A stretch of 64,000 nucleotides of DNA from the human T2T-CHM13v2.0 reference genome, Homo sapiens. A program made the translations under genes and the position numbers. The stretch lies in assembly GCF_009914755.1 (NCBI RefSeq), contig NC_060936.1; one strand, written 5' to 3'. The notes below the pieces were generated by a model. It had not been told where the DNA came from and did no database searches. It was given only the letters and a program-made list of their open reading frames with translations. This document shows, piece by piece, positions 1-12,852 of the stretch; positions within the stretch are counted from its first letter, which is position 1; each line of letters opens with the position of its first letter.

Positions 1-668
1 TATAATCATTTAAATATATACCCAGTAAAGGGATTGCTGGGTCAAATGGTGTTTCTGGTTCTAGACCCTTGAGGAATCACCACACTGTCTTCCACGATGG
101 TTGAACTAATTTACACTCCCATCAACAGTGTAAAATTTTTCCTATTTCTCCACATCCTCACCAGCATCTGTTGTTTCCTATGCTTTTAATGACTGCCATT
201 CTAACTGGTGTGAGATGGTATCTCATTGTGGTTTTGATTTGCATTTCTCTAATAACCAGTGATGATGAGCTTTTTTTCATATATTTGTAGGCCACATAAA
301 TGTCTTCTTTTGAGAAGTGTCTCTTCATATCCTTTGCACACCTTTTGATGGTTTTTTTCTTGTAAATTTGTTTAAGTTCCTTGTAGATTCTGGATATTAG
401 ACCTTTGTCAGATGGATAGATTGCAAAAGTTTTCTCCCATTCTGTAAGTTGCCTGTTCACTCTGATGATAGTTTCTTTTGCTGTGCAGAAGCTCTTTAGT
501 TTAATTAGACCTCATTTGTCAATTTTGAGTTTTGTTGCAGTTGCTTTTCGTGTTTGGTCATGAAGCCTTTGTCCATGCCTATGTCCTGAATGGTATTGCC
601 TAGGTTTTCTTCTAGGGTTTTTATGGTTTGGGGTTTTACATGTAAGTCTTTAATCCATCTTGAGTTAA

Positions 669-778
669 GTTCTGGGATTCTTGTGCAGAATATGCAGGTT
701 TGTTACATAGGTATACATGTGCCATGGTGGTTTGCTGCACCTGTCAACCCATCATCTAGGTTTTAAGCCCCACGTGTA
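669..778 (-). mobile_element. Tailless L1PA 3'-UTR terminal fragment (~110 bp) inserted inside the ORF2 of the host L1
   Basis: GTTCTGGGATTCTTGTGCAGAATATGCAGGTTTGTTACATAGG...CTAGGTTTTAAGCCCC matches the L1PA 3' end (compare 35132 and 37466) and interrupts the ORF2 segment GAGTTAA|TTTTTGTATAAG. Confidence 0.9.
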
Positions 779-2922
779 TTTTTGTATAAGGTGCAAGGAA
801 GGGGTCCAGTTTCAGCTTTCTGCATATGGCTTTCCCAGCACCATTTATTAAATAGTGAATTCCTTTCCCCATTGCTTGTTTTTGTCAGGTTGTCAAAGAT
901 CAGATGGTTGTAGATGTATGGTGTTATTTCTGAGGTCTCTGTTCTGTTCCATTGGTCTATATATCTGTTTTGGTACCAGTACCATGCTGTTTTGGTTACT
1001 GTAGCTTTGTAGTATAGTTTGAAGTCAGGTGGCATGATGCTTCAAGCTTTGTTCTTTTTGCTTAGGTTTGTCTTGGCTATATGGGCTTTTTGGTTCCATA
1101 TAAAATTTAATGTAGTTTTTTATAAGTCTGTGAAGAAAGTCAATGGTAGCTTGATGGGAATAGCATTGACTCTATAAATTACTTTGGGCAATATGGGCAC
1201 TTTCACAGTATTGATTCTTCCTGTCCATGAACATGGATTTTTTTTCCCATTTGTTTGTTTCCTTTCTTATTTCCTTGAGCAGTGCTTTGTAGTTCTCCTT
1301 GAAGACATCCTCCATGTCCCTTGTAAGTTGTATTCCTAGGTATTTTATTCTTTTTGTAGCAATTGTGAATGGGAGTTCACTCATGATTTGGCTCTCTGCC
1401 TATCTATTATTGGTGTATAGGAGTGCTTGTGATTTTCGCATATTGATTTTGTATCCTCAGAATTTGCTGAAGTTCCTTATCAGCTTAAGAAGTTTTTTGG
1501 CTGAGACGATAGGGTTTTCTAAATATACAATCATGTTATCTGCAAACAGAGATAATTTGACTTTCTCTCTTCCTGTTTGAATCCCCTTTATTTCTTTCTC
1601 TTGTCTGATTGCCCTGGCCAGGACTTCCAATACTATGCTAAATAGAAGTGGTGGGAGAAGGCATCCTTGTCTTGTGCCAGTTTTCAAAGGGAATGCTTCC
1701 AGCTTTTGCCCATTCAGTATGATATTGGCTATGGGTTTCTCATAAATAGCTCTTATTATTTTGAGATATGTTCCATCAATACCTAGTTCATTGGGAGTTT
1801 TTAGCATGATGGCATGTTCAATTTTATCAAAGGCCTTTTCTGCATCTACTGAGATAATCATGTGGTTTTTGTCATTAGTTCTGTTTATGTGATGGATTAC
1901 ATTTATTGATTTGCATTTGTTTGAACCAGCCTTGCATCCAAGGGATGAAGCCAACTTGATCATGGTGGATAAGATTTTTGATGTGCTGCTTGATTCTGTT
2001 TGCTAGTATTTTATTGAGGATTTTTGCATCAATGTTTATCAGGGAAATTGGCCTGAAATTTTCTTTTTTTGTTGGATCTCTACCAGGTTTTGGAATCAGG
2101 ATGTTGCTGGCCTCATAAAATGAGTTAGGGAGGAGTCCCTCCTTTCCTATTGTTTGGAATAGTTTCAGAAGGAATGGTACCAGCTCCTCTTTGTACCTCT
2201 GGTAGAATTCGGCTGTGAATCCGTGTGGTCCCAAGCTTTTATTGGTTGGTAGGCTATTAATTACTGCCTCAATTTCAGAACTTGTTATTGGTCTATTCAA
2301 AGATTTGACTTCTTTCTGGTTAGGTCTTGGGAGGGTGTATGTGTCCAGGAATTTATCCATTTATTCTACATTTTCTAGTTTATTTGCATAGAGTTGTTTA
2401 TATTATTTTCTAATGGTAGTTTGTATTTCTGTGGGATCAGTGGTGATATCACCTTAATCATTTTTTATTGTGTCTATTTGATTCTTCTCTCTTTTCTTCT
2501 TTATTAGTATAGTTAGTGGTCTATCTATTTTGTTAATCTTTTCTACCAGCTCCTGGATTCATTGATTTTTTTGAAGGGATTTTTATGTCTCTATCTACTT
2601 GAGTTCTGCTCTGTTCTTAGTTATTTCTTGTCTTCTATTAGCTTTTGAATTTGTTTGCTCTTGCTTCTCTAGTTCTTTTAATTGTGGTGCTAGGGTGTTG
2701 ATTTAAGATCTTTCCAGCTTTCTGATGTGGGCATTTAGTGCTATATATTTCCCTCTTAACACTGCTTTAGCTCTGTCCCAGATATTCTGGTACATTATCT
2801 CTTCATTCTCATTGGTTTCAGTGAACTTCTTTATTTCTGCCTTAATTTTGTTATTTACCCGGTAGTCATATAGGAGCAGGTTGCTCAATTTCCATGTAGT
2901 TGTGCGGTTTTGAGTGAGTTTC

Positions 2923-3222
<300 letters not shown>

Positions 3223-4627
3223 TGAGTGAGTTTCTTAATACTGAGCTGTAATTTGATTGCACTGTGGTCTGAGAGACTGTTATGATTTCGGTTCTTTTGT
3301 ATTTACTTCTAAGTAATGTGTAATTTCTTCTAATTGAATAAGTGCTATGTGGCACTGAGAAAAATGTATACTTTGTTTATTTGGGGTAGAGCTCTATGGT
3401 TTTGTAGCTGTCTATTAGATCTGCTTGATCCAGAGCTGACTTCAAGTCCTGAATATCCTTGTTAATTTTCTGTCTTGTTTATCTGTCTGATATTGACAGT
3501 GGGGGGTTAAAGTCTCCGGCTATTATTGGATGGGAGTCTATGTTGCTTTGTAAGTCTCCAAGAACTTGTTTTATGAATCCATATGAATCTGGGTGCTGCT
3601 GTATTGGCTGCATACATATTTACGACAGTTAGCTCTTTTTGTTTCATTGATCCTTTTACCATTATGTAATGTCCTTCTTTGTCTTTTTTGATCTTTACTG
3701 GTTTAAAGTCTGTTTTATCAGAGACAAGGTTTGCAAACCCTGCTCTTTTTTGCTTTCCATTTGCTTATTAAATATTCCTCCATCCCTTTATTTTGAGCCT
3801 ATATTTGTCTTTGCACATGAGATGGGTCTCCTGAATACAGCACACCAATGGGTCTTGACTCGTCCAATTTGCTGCTACTGGTCATCCTTAAGATCCATTG
3901 GCTACAACCATCATCGATCACCTTTTGTATACAGGTTTATTCTTTTAACAAAAATGACTCCTTCAGATTTCATAAATAAAAGATTAGGAAAAATCCCCAT
4001 TCATGTACCTCAAATTCAGTATGCATTTCCTGGCAGTGGATGTGGCCAATGTGTCTAACAACAAACAATTGGTATCTTTGTTCCATATTTATTGATGGCT
4101 TCACAATATTAAAAGAAACAGAGATCAGCAGTGTACAGAGTTATTTAAATAAATGAGCAATTCCTGGAGCTGTTGAGCTTTTCACTTAAAAATACACTAG
4201 CAGCTGATTTGTTTTACTTTCTCAACATTACCTTTGCATTAGCCCTTGAATCAGAACACCAGATATAAACCACAAATTAAGTGCATAATCTGTTAGACGA
4301 ATGCTTCGAATGCAACTTTCTTTACTAATGACTCAAATTAAAGTGGTTACTCACTGTAGATAACTATTAACAACCTGCCAAGATAACTGTGCTTTTTAAA
4401 ACTATATTAAAAATGGAATGGTAAAAAGACTGGACTATTAATAATTATATTTGAATGAAAATAAAAATATTAATAAATATAAATACTCATAAATTCAATT
4501 GAACTTTATGTTATCCAAGGTATGGCGGGGGCAGGGGTTGTGAGGAGTGATCAAGTCTGTAACATTCCCGCAGAATAAGATCTCTGGAACTGATGGTTTC
4601 CTAAAATTGATACTGTTGTCTGTAGTA

Positions 4628-4705
4628 TTTGGTTGGTGCAAACATAATTGCGGTTTTTGGCACTGAAAGTAATGGCAAACTGCAATTACGTTTGCACCAA
4701 CCTAA
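4628..4705. mobile_element. MADE1 mariner-derived MITE (palindromic, Hsmar1 TIRs)
   Basis: TTTGGTTGGTGCAAACATAATTGCGGTTTTTGGCACTGAAAGTAATGGCAAACTGCAATTACGTTTGCACCAACCTAA flanked by TA dinucleotides. Confidence 0.93.
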
Positions 4706-4975
4706 TAAGTTTGGGATCTATATGACAAACCTTCACTAGTGAGATTAGGTTTGGTATCATTTATTTATGTTATGTCTTCTATTTTTTTTTCATTTTTATC
4801 AAATTTCCTGGAACAAGTTATGAGCTTATTTCCTGACCCCGTTTTTGTAATGTGGAATAAGGTAGTTTATTTAATTAAATGTTTTTTTTTCATATAAAAG
4901 TTAATTTCTTTAAAGTATATGTAACTTCTCAAAGGTAAACAATTATTGTGCTTTCTAGGAAGACCCTACCTAATA

Positions 4976-5678
4976 TGGTAACTTCTCAGTTAACATTAGG
5001 TTCTTGGAAAAAGTGACTTTAAGTAAAATGACTTATAATGAAACCAATTTTACCATAGGCTAATTGATATAAACAATATTTAATTTCTGCTCAGGAGCAG
5101 TGGCTTATGCCTCTAATCCTGGCACTTTGGGAAGCCGAGGCAGGTGGATTGCTTGAGTCCAGGAGTTCGAGGCTACTGCACTTCAGCCCAGGTAACAGAG
5201 TGAGACCTTGTCTCAAAAAAAGTAAATAAAAGTAAAAATAAATTAATTTCCTCTGGCATACTTCTGGTCACAAAAACATCACCAAACTTCTAAATAAAGA
5301 CTCAAAACATTTAAATGTTAATCATATTAATCATTGAAATAAATTTACTAAATTATGCCATTTCAGGATTATGGGTAGCTGGGGCCTATATCAGCAGCTC
5401 AGGGATAAGGGCAGAAAAACATGCTGGACTGGTTGCCATTCCCTGGCATGGCACTCATGCACACCCACACTCATACTGGAATGGTGTAGACACACCAATG
5501 AGCCTAAGATGAGCAGCTTTGGGATGTGGGAGTAAACCAGAATGCTTGGAGATAACCCCAGCAGACATGAGGAGAATGTAGACACAGACTGTGGCTCTGG
5601 CTGGGAATCAATATTTTTTTCTCATCGCTGTTGTAACCAAACCACATTGACAAAATGACATTATTCAAAAACCATCTC
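4976..5678 (+). mobile_element. MER82-like TcMar-Tigger DNA transposon fossil, interrupted by an Alu monomer
   Basis: AGGTTCTTGGAAA..GACTTTAAG..AAACCAATTTTACCATAGGCTAATTGATATAAACAA and TTTGGGATGTGGGAGTAAACCAG..GGAGAATGT match the recalled consensus. Confidence 0.75.
5089..5242 (+). mobile_element. Monomeric Alu (FLAM/FRAM-like or collapsed AluJ)
   Basis: Left-arm start (CACTTTGGGAAGCCGAGG) joined to right-arm end (ACTGCACTTCAGCCCAGGTAACAGAGTGAGACC), A-rich tail, short TTAATTTC flanking repeat. Confidence 0.88.
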
Positions 5679-5929
5679 TAAATTGGGATTTATTTCGTAA
5701 TATTGTTCTTTTTTTTTATGTGAAAAGGACTTGACAAAGTTATCTAGGCCTTCAGAATGTTCACACTTCTAGCTGTTGATCCTCATTAAAGGAGGCAGGG
5801 GTAGAATAGCAGTTATTTTTATTTCTGAATGAAATGGCTTCTCTTGGTTTAGAAGCAACATCAGAGCACAACATGAAGAGTTTGTGAAGTAAGGAATGGA
5901 TACGAATTAAGTGGATTAAATCACATCCT

Positions 5930-6050
5930 ATCATGGAAAGAGCATGAAATTTGGAGCCAGACAAACCTCCTAACTCTGCCACCTGCTTTCTAGGGGACTT
6001 TATGAATTTTACTTCTCTAAGAGCACAGAAATTATATAGAAAAAGAAGTA
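5930..6050 (+). mobile_element. MIR fragment
   Basis: GGAAAGAGCATGAAATTTGGAGCCAGAC..CTCTGCCACCTGCT resembles the MIR 5' core. Confidence 0.55.
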
Positions 6051-6126
6051 ATGGAATTTATACTGAAAGATATTGGAAGTAAGGAGAAACATAACTGATG
6101 AGTTGAAATGTAAACAGGATTTACTA

Positions 6127-6149
6127 CATGTCATGTCATGTCATGTCAT
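6127..6149. repeat. (CATGT)n short tandem repeat
   Basis: CATGTCATGTCATGTCATGTCAT. Confidence 0.85.
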
Positions 6150-6578
6150 ATGCATTATGGGAGAATTGTTAAATTCTCAAAGCAAAATTATGAGATAATT
6201 TTTGAACGGGAAGTATGTGCAAAAGGAAATAGAAAGAACACATACTGTTTTGATGGAATTACAATTAATTTTTAATAATCACTATGGCTTGGATGCAGAA
6301 TATAAGATGTAAAGGAAAAAGAAAATTTAAATGAGGCTGTAAAAGTTGAACCAGATCATCTTGGCTAAAAAACTAAGGACTACAAACCTTATGGGGCAAT
6401 AAGGATAGTGTTAAAATATTTTGTAATATTTAGTTTAGCATCTCTATGCAAGGATCCTTTCTCTTAACACAAAAAGATTAATTATTCTTGTCTGTTAAAA
6501 CATGGACCCTTATATTATTAAGTTACTCAGAAAATTACAGACCTAGATAATATTCCAGTTCTGAAGGTAGAAATGCTA

Positions 6579-7079
6579 TGTAGCAGGACGAAGTCGCAGA
6601 CAAAACTCCTCAGACACCGGATTAAAGAAGGAAGAGGTTTTTTATTCAGCCAGGAGCGTTGGCAGACTCGCGTCTTAAGAGCCGAGCTCCCCGAAAAAGA
6701 AATTCCTAGCCCTTTTAAGGGCTTAACAACTCTAAGGGGTCCACGTGAAAGGGTCATAATAGATCAAGTAAGCGTGAGGAACGTGACTGGGGGCTACACA
6801 CATCAGCTAACAGAACAAAAAGTTTTACAGTGCTTTCTCATACAATGTCTGGAATTTACAGATAACACCAGTAGTTTTGGTCAGGGGTTAATATTATTAT
6901 TATTATTTTAACCACCAGGGCCAGGTGGTGGCACGAAGGTCGTCTAGCTATTTATCTTACTTCTGTTTCTTTCCAACTTTTTGCTTTCTTCCTTTTCTCC
7001 TGTCTTATAAACTAGGGAAAAGGGGAGTTTGGGGAGAAGCTGGGAAGGACAACAGGAGAAATGGTGGTCTCATTCCATA
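6579..7079 (-). mobile_element. HERV-E family solo LTR (LTR2C-like), 501 bp
   Basis: Ends TGTAGCAGGACG...GTCTCATTCCATA; perfect 4-bp TSD GCTA (6575-6578/7080-7083); homologous to the LTR2 at 40838. Confidence 0.9.
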
Positions 7080-7273
7080 GCTATGTATTACAGGGAGTCT
7101 CCTAAATGCATGCTTTCTTCAAAAATACCTAACGGATTTCCTGCTTGATATATTTCTATCTTAACTTGATGCCACTCATTTTTGCTCTCAATTATAGTAA
7201 ATTTTATCTTCATCTAAGATATTCATGGCAAAATTTAAAAGTGTGTCTGACATGGTGTATTTACTGCCTCCTC

Positions 7274-8934
7274 AATTTATTTTTAACTTTTAAGTTCAAG
7301 AGTACATGTTCAGGCTTGTTACTTAGGCAAATTTGTGTCATGGGGTTTTGTTGTATAGATTTTTCATCACCCAGGTGTTAAGCCTAGTACCTATTAGTTA
7401 TCTTTCCTGATCCTTTCCCTCCTCCCAGCCTTCATCCTCCAATATGTTCCATTGTGTGTTGTTCCCCTCTTTGTGTCCATGCGTTCTCATAATTTAGCTC
7501 CCACTTAAAAGTGAAAACATATGGTATTTGGTTTTCTCTTCTTGCATTAGTTTGTTAAGGATAATGGCCTTCAGCCAGCTCCATCCATGTCTCTGAAAGG
7601 ACATGATCTCATTCTTTTTATGGCTGCATAGTATTTCATGATGTATATGTACCACATTTTCTTTATCTGGTCTATCACTGATGGGCATTTAGGTGGATTC
7701 TATGTCTTTGCTATTGTAAATAGTGTTGCAATGAGCATAATGCGTGGCTGTGTCTTTATAATAGAATGATTTATTTTCTTTCGGGTATATACCCAGTAAT
7801 GAGACTACTGGGTCACATGGTATTTCTGTCTTTAGTTCTTTGAGGAATCACCACACTGTCTCCCACAGTGGTTGAACTAATTTACATCCCAACAGTGTAT
7901 AAACATTCAGTTTTTTTTCTACACAACCTCACCAGCACCTGTCGATTCTTGGGTTTTTAATAATACCGCTTCTCACTGGTGTGAGATGGTATCTCATTGT
8001 GGTCTTGATTTGCATTTCTATAATGATCAGTGATGAGCTTTTTTTTTCATATGATTGTTGGCTACATGTACATCTTCTTTTGAAAAGTGTCTTTTCATGT
8101 CCTTTGACCACTTTTTTACGGAGTTGTTCGTTTTTTTTCTTGTAAATGTGTTTAAATTCCTTATAGATGCAGAATAAAATTTTTTCCCATTCTATAGGCT
8201 GTCTGTTTACTCTGTTGATGATTTATTTAGCTGTGCCGAAGCTCTTTAGTTTAATTAGATACTATTTGCCAATTTTGCTTTTGTTGCAATTGCTTTTGGC
8301 ATTTTCATCATGAAATCTTTGTTCGTGCCTATATTCTGAATGGTATTGCCTAGGTTGTCTTCCACTGTTTTTATAACTTTAGATTTTACATTTAAGTCTT
8401 TAATCCATGTTGAGCTAATTTTTGTATACAGTGTAAGGAAGGGGCCCAAATTTAATCTTCTGCATATGGCCAGCCAGTTATCCCAGCACCACTTAGTGAA
8501 TAGGGAATCCTTTCCCCATTGCTGGTTTTTTGTCAGGTTTATCAAATATCAGATAGCTGTAGATGTGGGAACTTATTTCAGGGTTCTCTATTGTGTTACA
8601 TTGGTCTACGTGTCTGTTTTTGCATCAGTACCATTTTGTTTTGGTTACTGTAGCCCTGTGTTAGAGTTTGAAGTTGGGTAGCATGATGTCTTCAGCTTTG
8701 TTCTTTTTGCTTAGAATTGCCTTGGCTATTTGGACTCCCTTTGGTTCTGCATGAATTTTAAAATAGCTTTTTCTAGGTCTGTGAAGAATGTCAATGATAG
8801 TTTAATAGGCATAGTATTGAATCTATAAATTGCTTCAGGTAGTATGGCCATTTTAATGATATCGATTCTTCCTATCCATAAGCATGAAACATTTTTCCAT
8901 TTGTTTGTGTCATCTCTGATTTCTTTGAGCAGTG
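7274..8934 (-). mobile_element. LINE-1 (older L1PA, L1PA13-16-like), 5'-truncated
   Basis: 3'-UTR TTTTAAGTTCAAGAGTACATG..., ORF2 C-terminal fragments ([28 protein letters not shown]); possible short TSD TCAATTT. Confidence 0.95.
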
Positions 8935-9049
8935 CGAATCAATTTCTGGACTTGGTCCTCTTGACTTTATTGACTCCCACAGCCTCCTTTGGTAGATATG
9001 CATCATCTTCCTACCCCTAAACATTGGAATTCTTTAAGACTCCAGTGCA

Positions 9050-10410
9050 TTTCTCTTCTGTGCTTTAAATTCAAAGCTAGGTGCTTTGAACTCAATATCT
9101 AATTGATACCACTGGCCTCAGCTTCTCTCCTTATCTCCAACTCATATATTCAACTGCTTACTCAATGCCTCCACCTGAATTTCTAGTAGATATGGCAAAC
9201 ATACCCATTCCAAAAAAATAACTTATTTTTTCTATTTCTTCTCTCTCCAAACATGCTCCTCTTCCAGTCTTTATTAGGCCACAAATGAACCTCATCATTA
9301 TTCTGAAAATGTTGACCGTTTTTCAGTTATATTTTACATACTTTACGATTTCTCACATGCTATATATATTCCATTTGAATACAGTTGTCCCTCAGTATCT
9401 GCAGAGAATTGGTTGCAGAACACTTCCATACCAAAAAATCTGCAGATGCTCAAGTCTCTGATATAAAGTGTCATAATATTTGCATATAACCTACAGCAAA
9501 TCCTTCTATATAATTTAAATGGCCTCTAGATTACTTATAATACCTAATAAAATGTAAATAGTTGTTATACTGTATTACTTTTAAAATTTTATATTACTTT
9601 TATTGTTATATTGAATACACACACATACATTTTAACATTTTCCATTTGTGGTTGAATCCACAGTTGCAGAAACAGGAGGCGCAGAGGACCGGCTGTATAT
9701 AGTAAATGAAATCATTTATCTCCACTTCCGTTGCTACCATCCCAATCTAAGCCAAATCGTCTTTGCCTAGACCATTTAAATTGTCTCCAAATCTGCTTCT
9801 ACACTTGCCTTCCTAGAAGCAGTTCATGCAGCATCCTAAACAACATTATTGACATATATAAATGATTCTGTCAGTCTCTTGCTCAGAAGTCTTCCTAAGA
9901 CACGTAAAATAATCCAAAATTCTTACTATAACCTTCAAAGGCCTAGGTATAAGGTTTCCTGTCGCTCATTCTGGCCTCTTTGTCTCCCTCCCACACTTGT
10001 TTACTCCATTCTAGTGAAACCATACTTTCTTCTGCTTCTCAAAGACATGCATTTTCACCTCAGGGCCTTTGCACTTATTTTCTTTTGCCCCAAATATTCT
10101 TACTACAGGTAATCACTTGGTTTATTTCTTCCTTTCACTGTTCTCAAGTCAAACGTTCCCTCTAAAGAGAGTCCTTTTGTGGTGGACTTTACTTAAGATA
10201 GCCCATTCTTGTTGTCTTATTTTCTCATTCAGTTTATATTTCTATATATTGCCTATCACTAACATCGCATTATACACGTATTTGTTAATTATCTGATAGT
10301 TCCACAAAATGTAAGCTTCCTAAGGCCAGTTTACCATAGTTATTTAATTCTCCCTAGCATCAAGAATATTTCCAGGCCTATAGCAGGTGCTTATTATTTG
10401 GTAAATGAAT
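9050..10410 (+). mobile_element. L2 LINE relic (3' part), interrupted by MER2
   Basis: TCCAACTCATATATTCAACTGCTTACTC..., CAGGGCCTTTGCACTT, terminal GTAAGCTTCCTAAGGC...TAGCAGGTGCTT...AATGAAT. Confidence 0.7.
9382..9695. mobile_element. MER2-family Tigger non-autonomous DNA transposon
   Basis: TIR-like ends CAGTTGTCCCTCAGTATCTGC / GCAGAGGACCGGCTG, TA TSDs, core TATTTGCATATAACCTAC..CTCTAGATTACTTATAATACCTAATA. Confidence 0.88.
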
Positions 10411-10478
10411 TCTTAAAGGGGAAGAAAATATGATCATTTTGAACTCCTCAAAAGTAAGCTAGATGACAATTTCTAAAC

Positions 10479-10527
10479 CATTATTCATCACTGCACTGAG
10501 TTCATCTCAGTGCAGTGATGGATAATG
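10479..10527. repeat. Inverted repeat, 22-bp arms with 5-nt loop
   Basis: CATTATTCATCACTGCACTGAG-TTCAT-CTCAGTGCAGTGATGGATAATG; 21/22 Watson-Crick pairs, one G:T. Confidence 0.92.
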
Positions 10528-12300
10528 AGATCAATAGAACACAAGTGAGAGTTCAGGACCAGAACTGAACATATATGGCAGCTTGAATTATGTCAGAGGT
10601 GGCACCATTGATTGTTGTAAAAAGGATATACTCTTCAATAAATATATTAAGACAATTGGTTATCCAAAGGAAAAAATCTAAAATGGAGTCTCTAGCTCCT
10701 ATTCTATAAAAAAAGTGAATTGATGAAAGAATTCATGCAAAGTTCAATAATATTTAAAAACATATATAGGACTATAGAAATATATCATTATAACCTGAGA
10801 GTAGAAGTGGATTTACTTAACAAGACACAAAGAGCAAAAACCATAAGAGAAAAGATTGACATATTTGCCTAGAATCATAATGCAAAACTTCTTTCTTTCA
10901 CCAAAATAATACCATAAAACATAAAAAAATCAATGACAGATCAAGAAACTATTTGCAACACCTGTAATTTACAAATGATTAGTGATGTAGAATATGAAAA
11001 AACTTCTATATTATGTAGGCATATAATAAGGGGGAAAAAAGAGCAACATTCACATACTAGTGATAGAGGCAGGAGGCAGACAAATGCCTAGGCAGATAAG
11101 TAAGGGTCCCTGGAGAATCTCCAACCCACCTCACTAGTGTTTGTATCAGATGTGCTTTTGCAGTTAAGAAAACCCTCACAGGGTCTTGCCTGGGCATGCC
11201 TGCAGTGGACTGGAGGCCCACATGCACTGTAGAGTGGGGTGGAGCCAGCAGGAATTTACACCTTATCCATGGGAGGATACCCTCTTCATCTCGTGTGTGG
11301 TGGCCTGGTATTTGATCTGTGAGGTGGGAGCCTGCTGGCAGGACCCCTCTCTCTGCTGAGAGCTCCCTTTTTGCTTAATAAATTCTGCCCTCCTCACCTC
11401 TCAGTGTGAATGTGTGTCTAACTATTCCTGGTTGTGAGAAAAGAACCTGGATTTAGCTGAGCTAAGGAGCAAAAATCCTTCATCAATAGCAATTTACAGA
11501 AGAAACCAGCCTGTTTAATTAATAGAAGATAGTCAATGACACTTATAATGAAGAGAATAAAATAAAAAAAACCATGAGATATATTTGCCATTCCTCTGAA
11601 AGGGAACAGTCTTAAAAATGGCAATACCAAGTTTTGGTATGCAAGGGTAAAGTGGTAAAACCACTTGGGAGATCAATGTGGAAATATCTAGTAAAGTTCC
11701 TATGAACCCAAATTTTACTCCTTATAATATATTTCAGGGAGTGTCTTACACACACAGGAAGGGAAAATGTATAAGAATAAATTTGAGCTACCTAAACATT
11801 TATAGAAGCTTTTATCTAAAAGTAGTATTTTATACAATGAATTATTGTACAGCAGTTAAAGTGAGTGAACTGGAGCTACATCTGTCAATATGGATGCATC
11901 TCTCAAATATAACACTGAGTAGAAAAAAGCGAGGTGAAGAAGAATACAAACATGTAAGTTATACAAATACAAATACGTAAGTTATAAAAGCTTGCAAACA
12001 TTAATCTGTTATAAAGGAATACACACAGATTAATATATATTTATTATACATGTCTCATTGTATGAATGTAATTATCTTATAGGAATATGTACTAAAGAAA
12101 TTTAAGAAAAGCATCAATGTCAAACTTCATCTATTAATTAGGGCATGGAGGGAGCTGAGGAGAGTGTGATGAGGGATCAAGGAAAAAACACAAGGAATTT
12201 GAAAATACACTGGTGATATTTTATTTCTCTTGTTGGGTATGTGCACATCATTGTCAATTTCATTTTCTTTTATATATTTGAAATATATTAAATATATTAA
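10506..12300 (+). mobile_element. Old L1M 3' fragment, interrupted by an ERV1 LTR
   Basis: Degenerate ORF2 3' and 3'-UTR motifs (CTCTTCAATAAAT, CTTAAACAAGACACAAAGAGC, ATGGATGCATCTCTCAAATATAACACTGAG). Confidence 0.65.
11061..11485 (+). mobile_element. ERV1-class solo LTR (MER4 group; exact subfamily uncertain)
   Basis: TGATAGAGGCAGGAGGCAG...AATAAA...GCTAAGGAGCAAAAATCCTTCATCA; TG..CA ends; TSD CTAG/ATAG. Confidence 0.85.
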
Positions 12301-12852
12301 AATATAATTTTCAATAATATAATTACTATTATGAAAATCTAAGATGAATATGCATCAACAGTTTTGTTCAGCTCATTAGTTAATGAGGCAACTAGAAAGA
12401 TGTTGTGACCAGTTGAAAGAATATTTGAGAAGTATTTGAGAAGCTAGAGTATGTAAAAGAAAGTAAGGTTTTTGAATAAGATACAAAACAGGTCCAATTT
12501 CATACTTTTGAGATGTCTGTTCAACTAGAGAAAAGCTATCTGGCGTCTTGTCCCCTCAAATCCCCAACTGCTTTGCCAGCCCTGAACTCTACTGTTTGTT
12601 TCTCCATAGCATGACATAGTTGTAGGCTCTATACTTTACACTTCCTATTTGACCTTCTTGCCTTCTGCTGGGATTAGCAAATACCCAAAAGGAAAATAGT
12701 GGTAGTGGAAGTCTGTCTTTCCTCAAAGCATTTCTCTTTTCTCCGGAATCTCAGCTCCTTAACTCTTGGCTCTTTGCTCACCAGATATCTTTAAAGAGGT
12801 CTCTTTTGAGTATCTTCTCTTCTCTTGTCCACTTTCACCATTGCTCTTGATG

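Noticed and set aside
6527-6911. ORFs of 76 and 112 aa
   Set aside because: They lie almost entirely within a solo LTR and show no protein similarity I can recognise.
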